IMG/VR virus record: IMGVR_UViG_3300005836_000010 | Direction: 5' to 3' (one strand) | Length of the DNA stretch: 59,357 nt | Origin: a virus | Part shown: positions 33,225 to 40,339 of the stretch, one piece after another | Position numbering within the stretch: the first letter of the stretch is position 1 | How the letters are laid out: every line of letters begins with the position of its first letter | Notes under the pieces: generated by a model | The model's database searches: none | What the model saw: only the letters and a program-made list of their open reading frames with translations | What the model was told of the DNA's origin: nothing | Position numbers and translations under genes: made by a program

Positions 33225-33827
33225 TCAGAAACGCGGAACGCTTAGGAACGTGCGCCACCCATCCTGATGGGCAATCGCGAATTCTTGTGGATCGTCGACC
33301 GATGCCATGACTAATTCGCGCAGGCGTCGCATTTGCGATGCCATCGCGGGATCAGCGCTGCGCATCTTTGTCCATTGATGGGTGTAGCCCGTGTGCCCGC
33401 TTGAGTCACGAACAAGCCACTCCCAGATATACGCGGGCACTGCAGCCGGGTCGCCGTAGGTGCCTAGGCGCACCATCCGGTTGGCGCCGATCTCAGCGAG
33501 CGCATTGGGGCTATGTTGGCCATCGATGGGCGATCGCAGGTGCGGATAGTTTCCGCGTTTGTAGGCCATGAAAACGCTGCGCGGACCTTGACCTACGTTG
33601 ACGTAACACTTGCCCCCAAACACCGGGCGATGCCTGCACCTACCACAGATTGAGCGATCGTCGCCCGTCTTGAGCGCATGCACGGGATTGAGATCGGCTC
33701 GCAGAATGTATGTCTGCACCATGTTGCCAGTCTTTGCGTTTGCTGAACTGGTGATGGCGATTGCCACGATGGGTTCGCCATCAAGCATCGATGGCCCCTC
33801 GTACAGAATGAATCCATTGGGTTTCAT
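33225..33827 (-). CDS. Conserved-looking phage protein with a Cys cluster, unknown function
   Basis: 200 aa; LYEGPSMLDGEPIVAI...SICGRCRHR...CYVN; ATGA-type coupling with the upstream gene. Confidence 0.6.
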   Translation of the reverse strand: MKPNGFILYEGPSMLDGEPIVAIAITSSANAKTGNMVQTYILRADLNPVHALKTGDDRSICGRCRHRPVFGGKCYVNVGQGPRSVFMAYKRGNYPHLRSPIDGQHSPNALAEIGANRMVRLGTYGDPAAVPAYIWEWLVRDSSGHTGYTHQWTKMRSADPAMASQMRRLRELVMASVDDPQEFAIAHQDGWRTFLSVPRF

Positions 33828-34039
33828 ATGGTTTGCTCCGTGTGCGGGTCGCGCTCTTCAATCAAGCCGGCGCACTGCGCCGCATGCATCAAGCATTGCC
33901 CGAGTTCTGTACAAGCTTGCGCGTAGTCGATGCGCTCGCGCGTTTGTTTGCCGTAGGTGACTGCGAACGAAAGGTCCGCGAATTGCCACAGTTCTACGGC
34001 ATGCTGATGTTCGAACGTGTGCGAAAAGATGGGACTCAC
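33824..34039 (-). CDS. Hypothetical protein
   Basis: 71 aa from GTG 34039, 2 nt after the upstream stop. Confidence 0.45.
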   Translation of the reverse strand: MSPIFSHTFEHQHAVELWQFADLSFAVTYGKQTRERIDYAQACTELGQCLMHAAQCAGLIEERDPHTEQTI

Positions 34040-34041
34040 GA

Positions 34042-34266
34042 TCAGTACCCCGCTTGTGTGATGCGCTCGCAGCGCGCGGCGCACACTTCGATCGTGCGAG
34101 CGAGCTTGAGCCATACCGTACCCGCTTGCGGGTCTTGCCACGCGGATTGCAGGTCTGCAGTGGATTCGCTCAAGCGCTGCGCCGCGTAACGCAGGATGCG
34201 TGCAACGTCCTCGGGGACTTGCGCATCGTGCAGGTCGGAGGACGGGCGATTGAAATCTGTGGCCAT
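34042..34266 (-). CDS. Hypothetical protein
   Basis: 74 aa; RBS AGGAGA; immediately downstream of 50-bp repeat copy 1. Confidence 0.55.
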   Translation of the reverse strand: MATDFNRPSSDLHDAQVPEDVARILRYAAQRLSESTADLQSAWQDPQAGTVWLKLARTIEVCAARCERITQAGY

Positions 34267-34278
34267 GGTGTTTCTCCT

Positions 34279-34328
34279 GTGTAGCGCATGGTGCGCACCA
34301 TAGGAACCCCGCAGGGTCCCTAGGCGTG
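34279..34328. repeat. 50-bp repeat, copy 1 (identical to 34680-34729)
   Basis: gtgtagcgcatggtgcgcaccataggaaccccgcagggtccctaggcgtg; contains the perfect 14-bp palindrome atggtgcgcaccat and an imperfect 22-bp palindrome. Confidence 0.95.
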
Positions 34329-34332
34329 TGCA

Positions 34333-34665
34333 TCAAAGCTTTGACGTTTCGTTGATTTGGCACTGGTTCGCGTACTGCAAACCACTACCGAAAATCCCGG
34401 TGAAAGCTTGCACGAGGCGCAACCGGTTCGCCCGGTCAGCTGCACAGTAGGCATCGCCCAGATACGCCGCGAACTGTCCAAAGTTTCCCTCGGACAATGC
34501 GAGCGCAGCGCGATGCGCATCGTCAGGTGTCGGCGTGGCATCCGCCAATTGCGCTAGCACCATATCAGCGGCTTCGCGGGCTTGGGTGAGTGCACCTTGC
34601 GAACCGCTGGTGCTTCCGCGCGTGTGCTTAACGCGATGCAGGATCAAAATCAGGTTGTCAATCAT
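34333..34665 (-). CDS. Hypothetical protein bracketed by the 50-bp repeats
   Basis: 110 aa from ATG 34665 (MIDNLILILH...). Confidence 0.55.
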   Translation of the reverse strand: MIDNLILILHRVKHTRGSTSGSQGALTQAREAADMVLAQLADATPTPDDAHRAALALSEGNFGQFAAYLGDAYCAADRANRLRLVQAFTGIFGSGLQYANQCQINETSKL

Positions 34666-34679
34666 GGTCAGAACTCCCG

Positions 34680-34729
34680 GTGTAGCGCATGGTGCGCACC
34701 ATAGGAACCCCGCAGGGTCCCTAGGCGTG
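34680..34729. repeat. 50-bp repeat, copy 2
   Basis: Base-for-base identical to 34279-34328; lies about 15 nt upstream of the start codon at 34665. Confidence 0.95.
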
Positions 34730-34733
34730 CGAA

Positions 34734-35705
34734 TCAGGCGGACAACAACGCCAGCGCGCGAGACTTGAGCGTATTCCCTGCGCCCCATTGCGCGCTAATC
34801 AAACGATTCTCATCGTTCGAGGCGCGCACGTGGTGGTCGACATACTCCGTAACTGCGTTCAGCATGCCCCATGCCGTGCCCTGCACACCATCCAGCGACG
34901 AGCCGATGGCGTCGCCATTGAACAGTGCAAGGATTTTCTTGAACGCTGCGGAGTCTCGCGTTGCGTCAACCGTAGCGGGCTTGGCATCGAGAATTGCCAG
35001 AACCGTCGGTTCTGCGTCCGCTTCGACGATCGGACGATTCGCGAGGCGCACGATCGTGTGCCGGAAGTGATCCCATGCCGCGGTGTTAAGTCCCATATAG
35101 TCGCGCACTTCTTCCGGGTCAAACACCGAGCGATGCGAAAGGGAGTAGTCCGCTGCACCCTCTTCCGCGGCCATGGCCAGCGTGTTGGCGCAAACGGCGC
35201 GCGTCGCCCGGCGCGATACCGTGGTCTTAAGCGAACCGTCGGCGCTGGTGACGATCAACAACTGCGAGCGCACCTTGTCGTGCAGCGAGATCGGTGCAGC
35301 TTCGCCAATCTGCGCCGTGCACCAGAACCGCTGCCCGCCGCGAATGGTGCCCGCTGCACTGATCTCCAGACCCCCGGCGCGCACGATGCCGCGGAACAGT
35401 TCGAAAATCTCGGACGGTTGCACCGTCTTGTACTTGGCAGACACCAGACCCAAACGAGCTTTCGTGTCGCTGCGGAACAGAACATGGTTTTCCGTGTCGG
35501 TCAGCGTAGTCCCCGCCGCGTCGACCACGTAGCGGACTTGCGAGCGCTTGACGCGCCATTGCATCCCCGCGTGCGCTTGCCACGATTCGAGCGATTGATA
35601 GTCTGCCTCGGGCACCGGTTGACCGAGACCATGCCACGGCAGACCATGGTCTGCGCGATAGGCGAATTCAACCCGGCCGTTCGTTTCCGTGAGTTCGTGT
35701 GCCAT
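34734..35705 (-). CDS. DUF932-family protein (phage/plasmid-like), first gene of the early operon
   Basis: 323 aa; N-terminal AYRADHGLPWHGLG, VLFRSDT...LGLVSAKY, ...VCANT pattern as recalled for DUF932. Confidence 0.65.
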   Translation of the reverse strand: MAHELTETNGRVEFAYRADHGLPWHGLGQPVPEADYQSLESWQAHAGMQWRVKRSQVRYVVDAAGTTLTDTENHVLFRSDTKARLGLVSAKYKTVQPSEIFELFRGIVRAGGLEISAAGTIRGGQRFWCTAQIGEAAPISLHDKVRSQLLIVTSADGSLKTTVSRRATRAVCANTLAMAAEEGAADYSLSHRSVFDPEEVRDYMGLNTAAWDHFRHTIVRLANRPIVEADAEPTVLAILDAKPATVDATRDSAAFKKILALFNGDAIGSSLDGVQGTAWGMLNAVTEYVDHHVRASNDENRLISAQWGAGNTLKSRALALLSA

Positions 35706-35940
35706 TCTGAGAATCTCCAGTGTGTGAACCGCGATGCCGCGGCATCCCCAAACATGCGAAAACTATGCCATGCGAAAATCAACAGGTTAGCGCCGATCTC
35801 GTGGCGCGTTTTGTCACTTTCCGCGATTCTGTGGCGCAAAACGTCACTTTGCGACAATTCACGCCATAGGCCAGCAGAGTGACACTGTCGCGCAACCCCC
35901 TCAAAACTGACAATCATGCGAGAATTCGCAGACTCAAACC
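35706..35940. promoter_or_regulatory. Divergent early/late control region with several repeat families
   Basis: Tandem 30-bp units 35801-35830 and 35831-35860 (GTGGCGC-N5-GTCACTTT); CATGCGA(A/G)AA x3; 14-bp palindrome gatgccgcggcatc at 35733-35746. Confidence 0.7.
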
Positions 35941-36390
35941 ATGGAGCGAGCCCCAATGGAAACTTCGCAGCTGCAAACACGGATCAGTGCGGACCTGCGC
36001 CCGATTGAAGCGAGCGATTCACGCGTCGGCGGGGCGCACTTAACCACGCCTAGCGGGATTGAGATCGCGGCATTGTGGCGTGAACCCGGATTGATCGGCG
36101 ACACGCTAGCCACTGCCAAGGCCTGCGCAGCGCAACTGCTAGACAAATTGCAGCGCGACTACGCGGGGCGTGACGTTGACCGCATCAATTGGCCATCCGT
36201 GGTCGCTGCGATTCAGGCACTGGTGCAGCAGTGGAACGATGCACGGCGCGCTGCGCTGTACGCGGCGCCCCTCGCGGGCGCGTCGCGCTCCCAGATCAGT
36301 GGCGACGGCGCTGCAGGGGGCAGCGAGGGGCAAATGGGTCCTGGCTCTTCGACCGGCCCCACTGGCGGGGGAGAGCGCCCGCTGCATTGA
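35941..36390 (+). CDS. Hypothetical protein with a Gly-rich tail
   Basis: 149-aa ORF, first rightward gene. Confidence 0.5.
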   Translation: MERAPMETSQLQTRISADLRPIEASDSRVGGAHLTTPSGIEIAALWREPGLIGDTLATAKACAAQLLDKLQRDYAGRDVDRINWPSVVAAIQALVQQWNDARRAALYAAPLAGASRSQISGDGAAGGSEGQMGPGSSTGPTGGGERPLH

Positions 36391-36462
36391 CGGGGGTTAC
36401 CCCCCTCCACCTCCATGCCCGAGCGAAGTCGCAAATAGCAAACCCGATTTGGAAATTTTTTC

Positions 36463-36939
36463 GTGAAAAAAATTCTGAGAATCCGGCCAAAGGCAATCCT
36501 CCACAAGCGATACCCAGGAACCAAGTTCCGCGTCTACCCTGACCCAAATCGCAGAGGGACAATCGAAATCCACATCAACCGCACACGAAGGCAAATGCTC
36601 GAGGACTGCGCCGGGTGGGCACCGCCGGGCTATAAGCCCAACCCAGAAACGATGGGTGAGATGCGCTCGTACATCTACGCCCGAGGAGTACACCGCAACG
36701 CAGGCCGCATCCGGCCCAACGGAGTGGTCGGGCACATCTTCCTGAACAAGCGAGATCTCGCAAACAAACCAAGCGAAATCATCGCGCACGAATGCGCGCA
36801 CGCTGGCATGGCGTGGGTACGACTACACCGCGCGAAGCTCGAGCACATGCATGGTGAAGAAGTGCTGTGCCATGCAGTCGGTCGGCTTGTCCAACAAGTC
36901 AATCGTGTGTGTTACGCAGCCAAAGCTTTCGGGGAGTGA
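36463..36939 (+). CDS. Hypothetical HExxH-motif protein
   Basis: 158 aa; IIAHECAHAG; GTG start sits in the loop of the AT-only hairpin at 36454-36474. Confidence 0.55.
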   Translation: MKKILRIRPKAILHKRYPGTKFRVYPDPNRRGTIEIHINRTRRQMLEDCAGWAPPGYKPNPETMGEMRSYIYARGVHRNAGRIRPNGVVGHIFLNKRDLANKPSEIIAHECAHAGMAWVRLHRAKLEHMHGEEVLCHAVGRLVQQVNRVCYAAKAFGE

Positions 36940-36942
36940 GCC

Positions 36943-37584
36943 ATGTCCAACCCAGTCACCAGCATCGACAAGATCGAACTGTTCGCCCAGACGTACGTGG
37001 CCGGCGGCGCGCGGGCCTCAAGCATGCGCAACGCAGCCGTTGCCGCAGGGCTGTCCGAGGCGACGTCGTGGAACTTCTTCCGGCGCGCCGACGTGCAGAA
37101 GCGCGTCTCGGAATTGCTGAGCGAGCGCTACGGTGAACTGACGATCACGGCGCAGCGCATCTTCGAGGAGATGGGCGCGATCGCGCTGTTCGACCCGGCT
37201 GAGATGTTCGACGAGAACGGGGACCTGCTGCCGGCGCACCTGATGCCGCCGCGCGTGCGCGCCGCGATCGCGAGCTACGAGTTCGACACGACGATGGTGG
37301 GCCGCGGACCGAATGCGACTCCGGTGACCACCGTCAAGGTGAAGATGCACAGCAAGAACGAGATGCTCAAGCTGATGGCGCAGCACTTCAAGCTCATCTC
37401 CGACAACGAGGGGATCAACGCGCTGGCCACCGAGTTGACGAAGCAGCTGCGCGAGGGCCGCGAGCGTGCCCGCGCCGTGCGTGGGCAGGTCGGGATGACG
37501 GCAGTCGAGGATGCGGTCATAATCCCGCGAACCGCGCTGCCGGTTCCAGTCGCAGCGACCCTTGAGCGAGAGGACTACGCATGA
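36943..37584 (+). CDS. terS: Terminase small subunit
   Basis: 213 aa; N-terminal HTH-like region and the ...KVKMHSKNEMLKLMAQHFKL pattern typical of Terminase_2-type small subunits; directly upstream of terL. Confidence 0.75.
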   Translation: MSNPVTSIDKIELFAQTYVAGGARASSMRNAAVAAGLSEATSWNFFRRADVQKRVSELLSERYGELTITAQRIFEEMGAIALFDPAEMFDENGDLLPAHLMPPRVRAAIASYEFDTTMVGRGPNATPVTTVKVKMHSKNEMLKLMAQHFKLISDNEGINALATELTKQLREGRERARAVRGQVGMTAVEDAVIIPRTALPVPVAATLEREDYA

Positions 37585-37889
37585 AAGACGACAACGGCAA
37601 CTTCACCCGTCGCAAGTTCGCGACGTCGCCCATGGACTTCCGCGCGTTGGCCACCGGCTGCGGGCAGACCATGGACATGAGCGAGGACAGCGGCGACGCG
37701 CGTCGGCGCCGGATCATGGCCAACCCGTCGAAGCTGTCGAAGGCCGGCATTGCCTGCGCCCCGATTGCCGAGGGTTGGCAACCGGATCCCGAGGGCATGG
37801 ACCCCGAGGACCTGAACGCGATGAACTACGGCGAGGTCACCGCAGGCGACGAGCCGCCCGAGCCCGACCATCCGTGGCGCCGCGGTTGA
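37581..37889 (+). CDS. Hypothetical acidic protein
   Basis: 102 aa; ATGA overlap with terS. Confidence 0.5.
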   Translation: MKDDNGNFTRRKFATSPMDFRALATGCGQTMDMSEDSGDARRRRIMANPSKLSKAGIACAPIAEGWQPDPEGMDPEDLNAMNYGEVTAGDEPPEPDHPWRRG

Positions 37890-37890
37890 C

Positions 37891-39378
37891 GTGCTGCAGA
37901 AGGCCGCACCCAAGGGAGGCGTCGCCGAACTCCTGACGGATCTGGCGAGCTTCGCCGACGATCCGCTCGGGTTCGTCATGTGGGCCTTCCCTTGGGGCGT
38001 CAAGGGCACTTCGCTCGAGAAGCGCAAGGGTCCTGAAGAGTGGCAGAAGAAGGCGCTGCGGCGCATTGCGCTGAAGCTGCAGGAGGCGCCTGAAGAAGGC
38101 GTCGTCATCGAAGAGGACACGGTCGCCGGCCACGGCGTGGGCAAGTCCGCGTTCGTCAGCTGGATGATCCTGTGGGCGATCTCCACGTTCGATGACACGC
38201 GCGGCGTCACCACGGCGAACACCGAGGGCCAGCTGAAGACCAAGACCTGGGCCGAGTTGGGCAAGTGGTATCAGCTGTTCGTTGGCCGCAGCCTGTTCAC
38301 ACTCACCGCCACCGCGATCTACGTCGCCGACGATCCGGACCGCGAGAAGACGTGGCGCATCGACATGATCCCGTGGACCAAGGAGAAGTCCGAGGCGTTC
38401 GCGGGCCTGCACAACCAGGGCAAGCGCATCCTCGTGATCTTCGACGAGGCCGCGGCGATCGACGACCTGATCTGGGACGTGACAGAGGGTGCGCTCACTG
38501 ACGCCGAGACCCAGATCCTGTGGCTGCGCTTCGGCAACGGCACCCGCACGACGGGCCGCTTCTTCAAGAACTGCACGCGGCCGACGCGCAACACCGTCAC
38601 GAAGGTGGACTCCCGCGATGTGAGTTTCACCAACAAGGCGCAGATCCAAGCCTGGATCGACGAGTACGGCGAGGACAGCGACTTCGCCCGCGTGCGCGTG
38701 AAGGGCGAGTTCCCGCGCGCCGGCTACAGCAACTACATCGAGCCCGAACTGGTGACCAAGGCGCGCAAGCGTCAGGTACCGCAGGCCATGTACATGGCCT
38801 ACCCGAAGGTGCTGGCGGTCGACCCGGCGCGCTTCGGCGATGACATGTCGGTGATCACGATGCGCCAGGGGCTGAAGGTCCACTGGCAACTCAGTCTGTC
38901 GGGCTTCGACGGACCGGATCTCGCGGGCCGGATCTTCGAGTTGGTCCGCAAGGAACCGGTCAGCTGCATCGTGTACGACGCGATCGGCAACGGCGCGGAC
39001 CTCGACTCTTCGCTCAAGCGCATCCCGCGGCTGGCCACGCCGCTGATCCCGGTGATGTGGGGCCAGCCTGCCAAGGACGAGAAGCAGTTCTTCAACCAGC
39101 GCGCGGAGTGCTGGGGCAAGATGAAGGAGTGGTTGGCCACCGGCACGATCCCCGATGACGATGACCTCGACCTGCAGCTGACGTCGCTCGACTATGGGTA
39201 CGACGCGAAGTTCCGGATCCAGCTTCAGTCGAAGAAGGACATCAAGAAGAACGGGGGCAAGTCCCCCGACAAGGCCGACTCGCTGGCGCTGTCGTTCGTG
39301 CCTGAGTTGATCGACCGCAAGGTCACGAACGCGAAGGTGCGCCCGGCGCAACGCCGCACGGTGGTGTGGTCACGATGA
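37891..39378 (+). CDS. terL: Terminase large subunit
   Basis: 495 aa; Walker A-like VAGHGVGKSAF, ILVIFDEAA (Walker B), C-terminal nuclease-like half. Confidence 0.85.
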   Translation: MLQKAAPKGGVAELLTDLASFADDPLGFVMWAFPWGVKGTSLEKRKGPEEWQKKALRRIALKLQEAPEEGVVIEEDTVAGHGVGKSAFVSWMILWAISTFDDTRGVTTANTEGQLKTKTWAELGKWYQLFVGRSLFTLTATAIYVADDPDREKTWRIDMIPWTKEKSEAFAGLHNQGKRILVIFDEAAAIDDLIWDVTEGALTDAETQILWLRFGNGTRTTGRFFKNCTRPTRNTVTKVDSRDVSFTNKAQIQAWIDEYGEDSDFARVRVKGEFPRAGYSNYIEPELVTKARKRQVPQAMYMAYPKVLAVDPARFGDDMSVITMRQGLKVHWQLSLSGFDGPDLAGRIFELVRKEPVSCIVYDAIGNGADLDSSLKRIPRLATPLIPVMWGQPAKDEKQFFNQRAECWGKMKEWLATGTIPDDDDLDLQLTSLDYGYDAKFRIQLQSKKDIKKNGGKSPDKADSLALSFVPELIDRKVTNAKVRPAQRRTVVWSR

Positions 39379-39587
39379 AGCGCAAGTACCACGTCACGGT
39401 CAAGGGGTGTGAGCGCGAGTGGGGGTTCACCGTCGTCGGTGAGCCCGAGCACGCCGAGGACTGGCGCGCCGACGGGCTCGAGGTCGACGAGATTTGCAAT
39501 TCGATTCCCCTGTGGGTGAGGCACGAGCCTATGCTCACGATCTGGATTCTGGCTCAGGACTTCTGGCAATGGCTAAGGCTCTTCTGA
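39375..39587 (+). CDS. Hypothetical protein
   Basis: 70 aa from ATG 39375 (ATGA overlap with the terL stop). Confidence 0.5.
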   Translation: MKRKYHVTVKGCEREWGFTVVGEPEHAEDWRADGLEVDEICNSIPLWVRHEPMLTIWILAQDFWQWLRLF

Positions 39588-39904
39588 TCCTGCTGGTGCT
39601 GCTCGCTGGCTGTGGCGGCGGCAAGGACAGCACCGGTGCGTCGACATCCCTCTCGCTGGCGCTGAACTGGACCGTGCCCACGCGCAACGCCGACGGCACT
39701 GTGCTCACCGACATCGCGAGCTACCGCATCGCGTACGGCTCGAGCCCGGCCAACCTGACCAAGACGATCACGGTACCGGCGAGCCAGACCTCGCTGAAGA
39801 TCACCGGGCTGGGGGCAGGCACCTACTACGCAACGGTGACGACGGTCAACAGTCTGGGCGAGGCCAGCGACCCTGCCGGCCCGGTGTCGGGACCAGCGCA
39901 ATGA
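39569..39904 (+). CDS. Lipoprotein with a fibronectin type III domain
   Basis: ATG 39569 gives MAKALLILLVLLAG|C lipobox; W..P....G..L.....Y.I.YG...L..G.YY..V..VN..GE.S is FN3-like. Confidence 0.7.
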   Translation: MAKALLILLVLLAGCGGGKDSTGASTSLSLALNWTVPTRNADGTVLTDIASYRIAYGSSPANLTKTITVPASQTSLKITGLGAGTYYATVTTVNSLGEASDPAGPVSGPAQ

Positions 39905-40131
39905 TTGCGCACCTCGTCCGCATTGGCCCCTGGTGGCTACGTGCGCCGCTGTTGGTGGTGGCGTTCCCGTTCTTCTACGGCAACTGGCTGTGGGACCACT
40001 TCTGCGGACCGTACCGCATCGAGTCGCTCGACGACATCACGATGGATCCATGGGACTTCTGGTTCTGGCCGCTCGAGGTGTGGTGGGCCGCGATGATCGG
40101 GGAGTTCGTACCGGTTGACGGCGAACCGTGA
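39901..40131 (+). CDS. Trp-rich small membrane protein
   Basis: 76 aa; ATGA overlap; LLVVAFPFFYGNWLW. Confidence 0.5.
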   Translation: MIAHLVRIGPWWLRAPLLVVAFPFFYGNWLWDHFCGPYRIESLDDITMDPWDFWFWPLEVWWAAMIGEFVPVDGEP

Positions 40132-40201
40132 TGTGCTAGAGTGCGGGCACCACGTTGGCGAGAGCGTGGGTTCATGGTGAGTCTCCTTGGTGTGTGGCAA
40201 A

Positions 40202-40236
40202 GGCCCCCGGTGCAACGCCGGGGGCCTTTTGCTTTG
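40202..40236 (+). terminator. Rho-independent terminator after the terminase gene group
   Basis: ggcccccgg-tgcaacg-ccgggggcc followed by ttttgctttg. Confidence 0.85.
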
Positions 40237-40339
40237 TACCCATAGAGTGATACAAAACCTCGGATTTTGTACCGATAGAACCGAGGAAATGTCAGCCCGC
40301 TAGCGTTCCGGCGACAATGTTGCATAATCGGTCCCCAGC

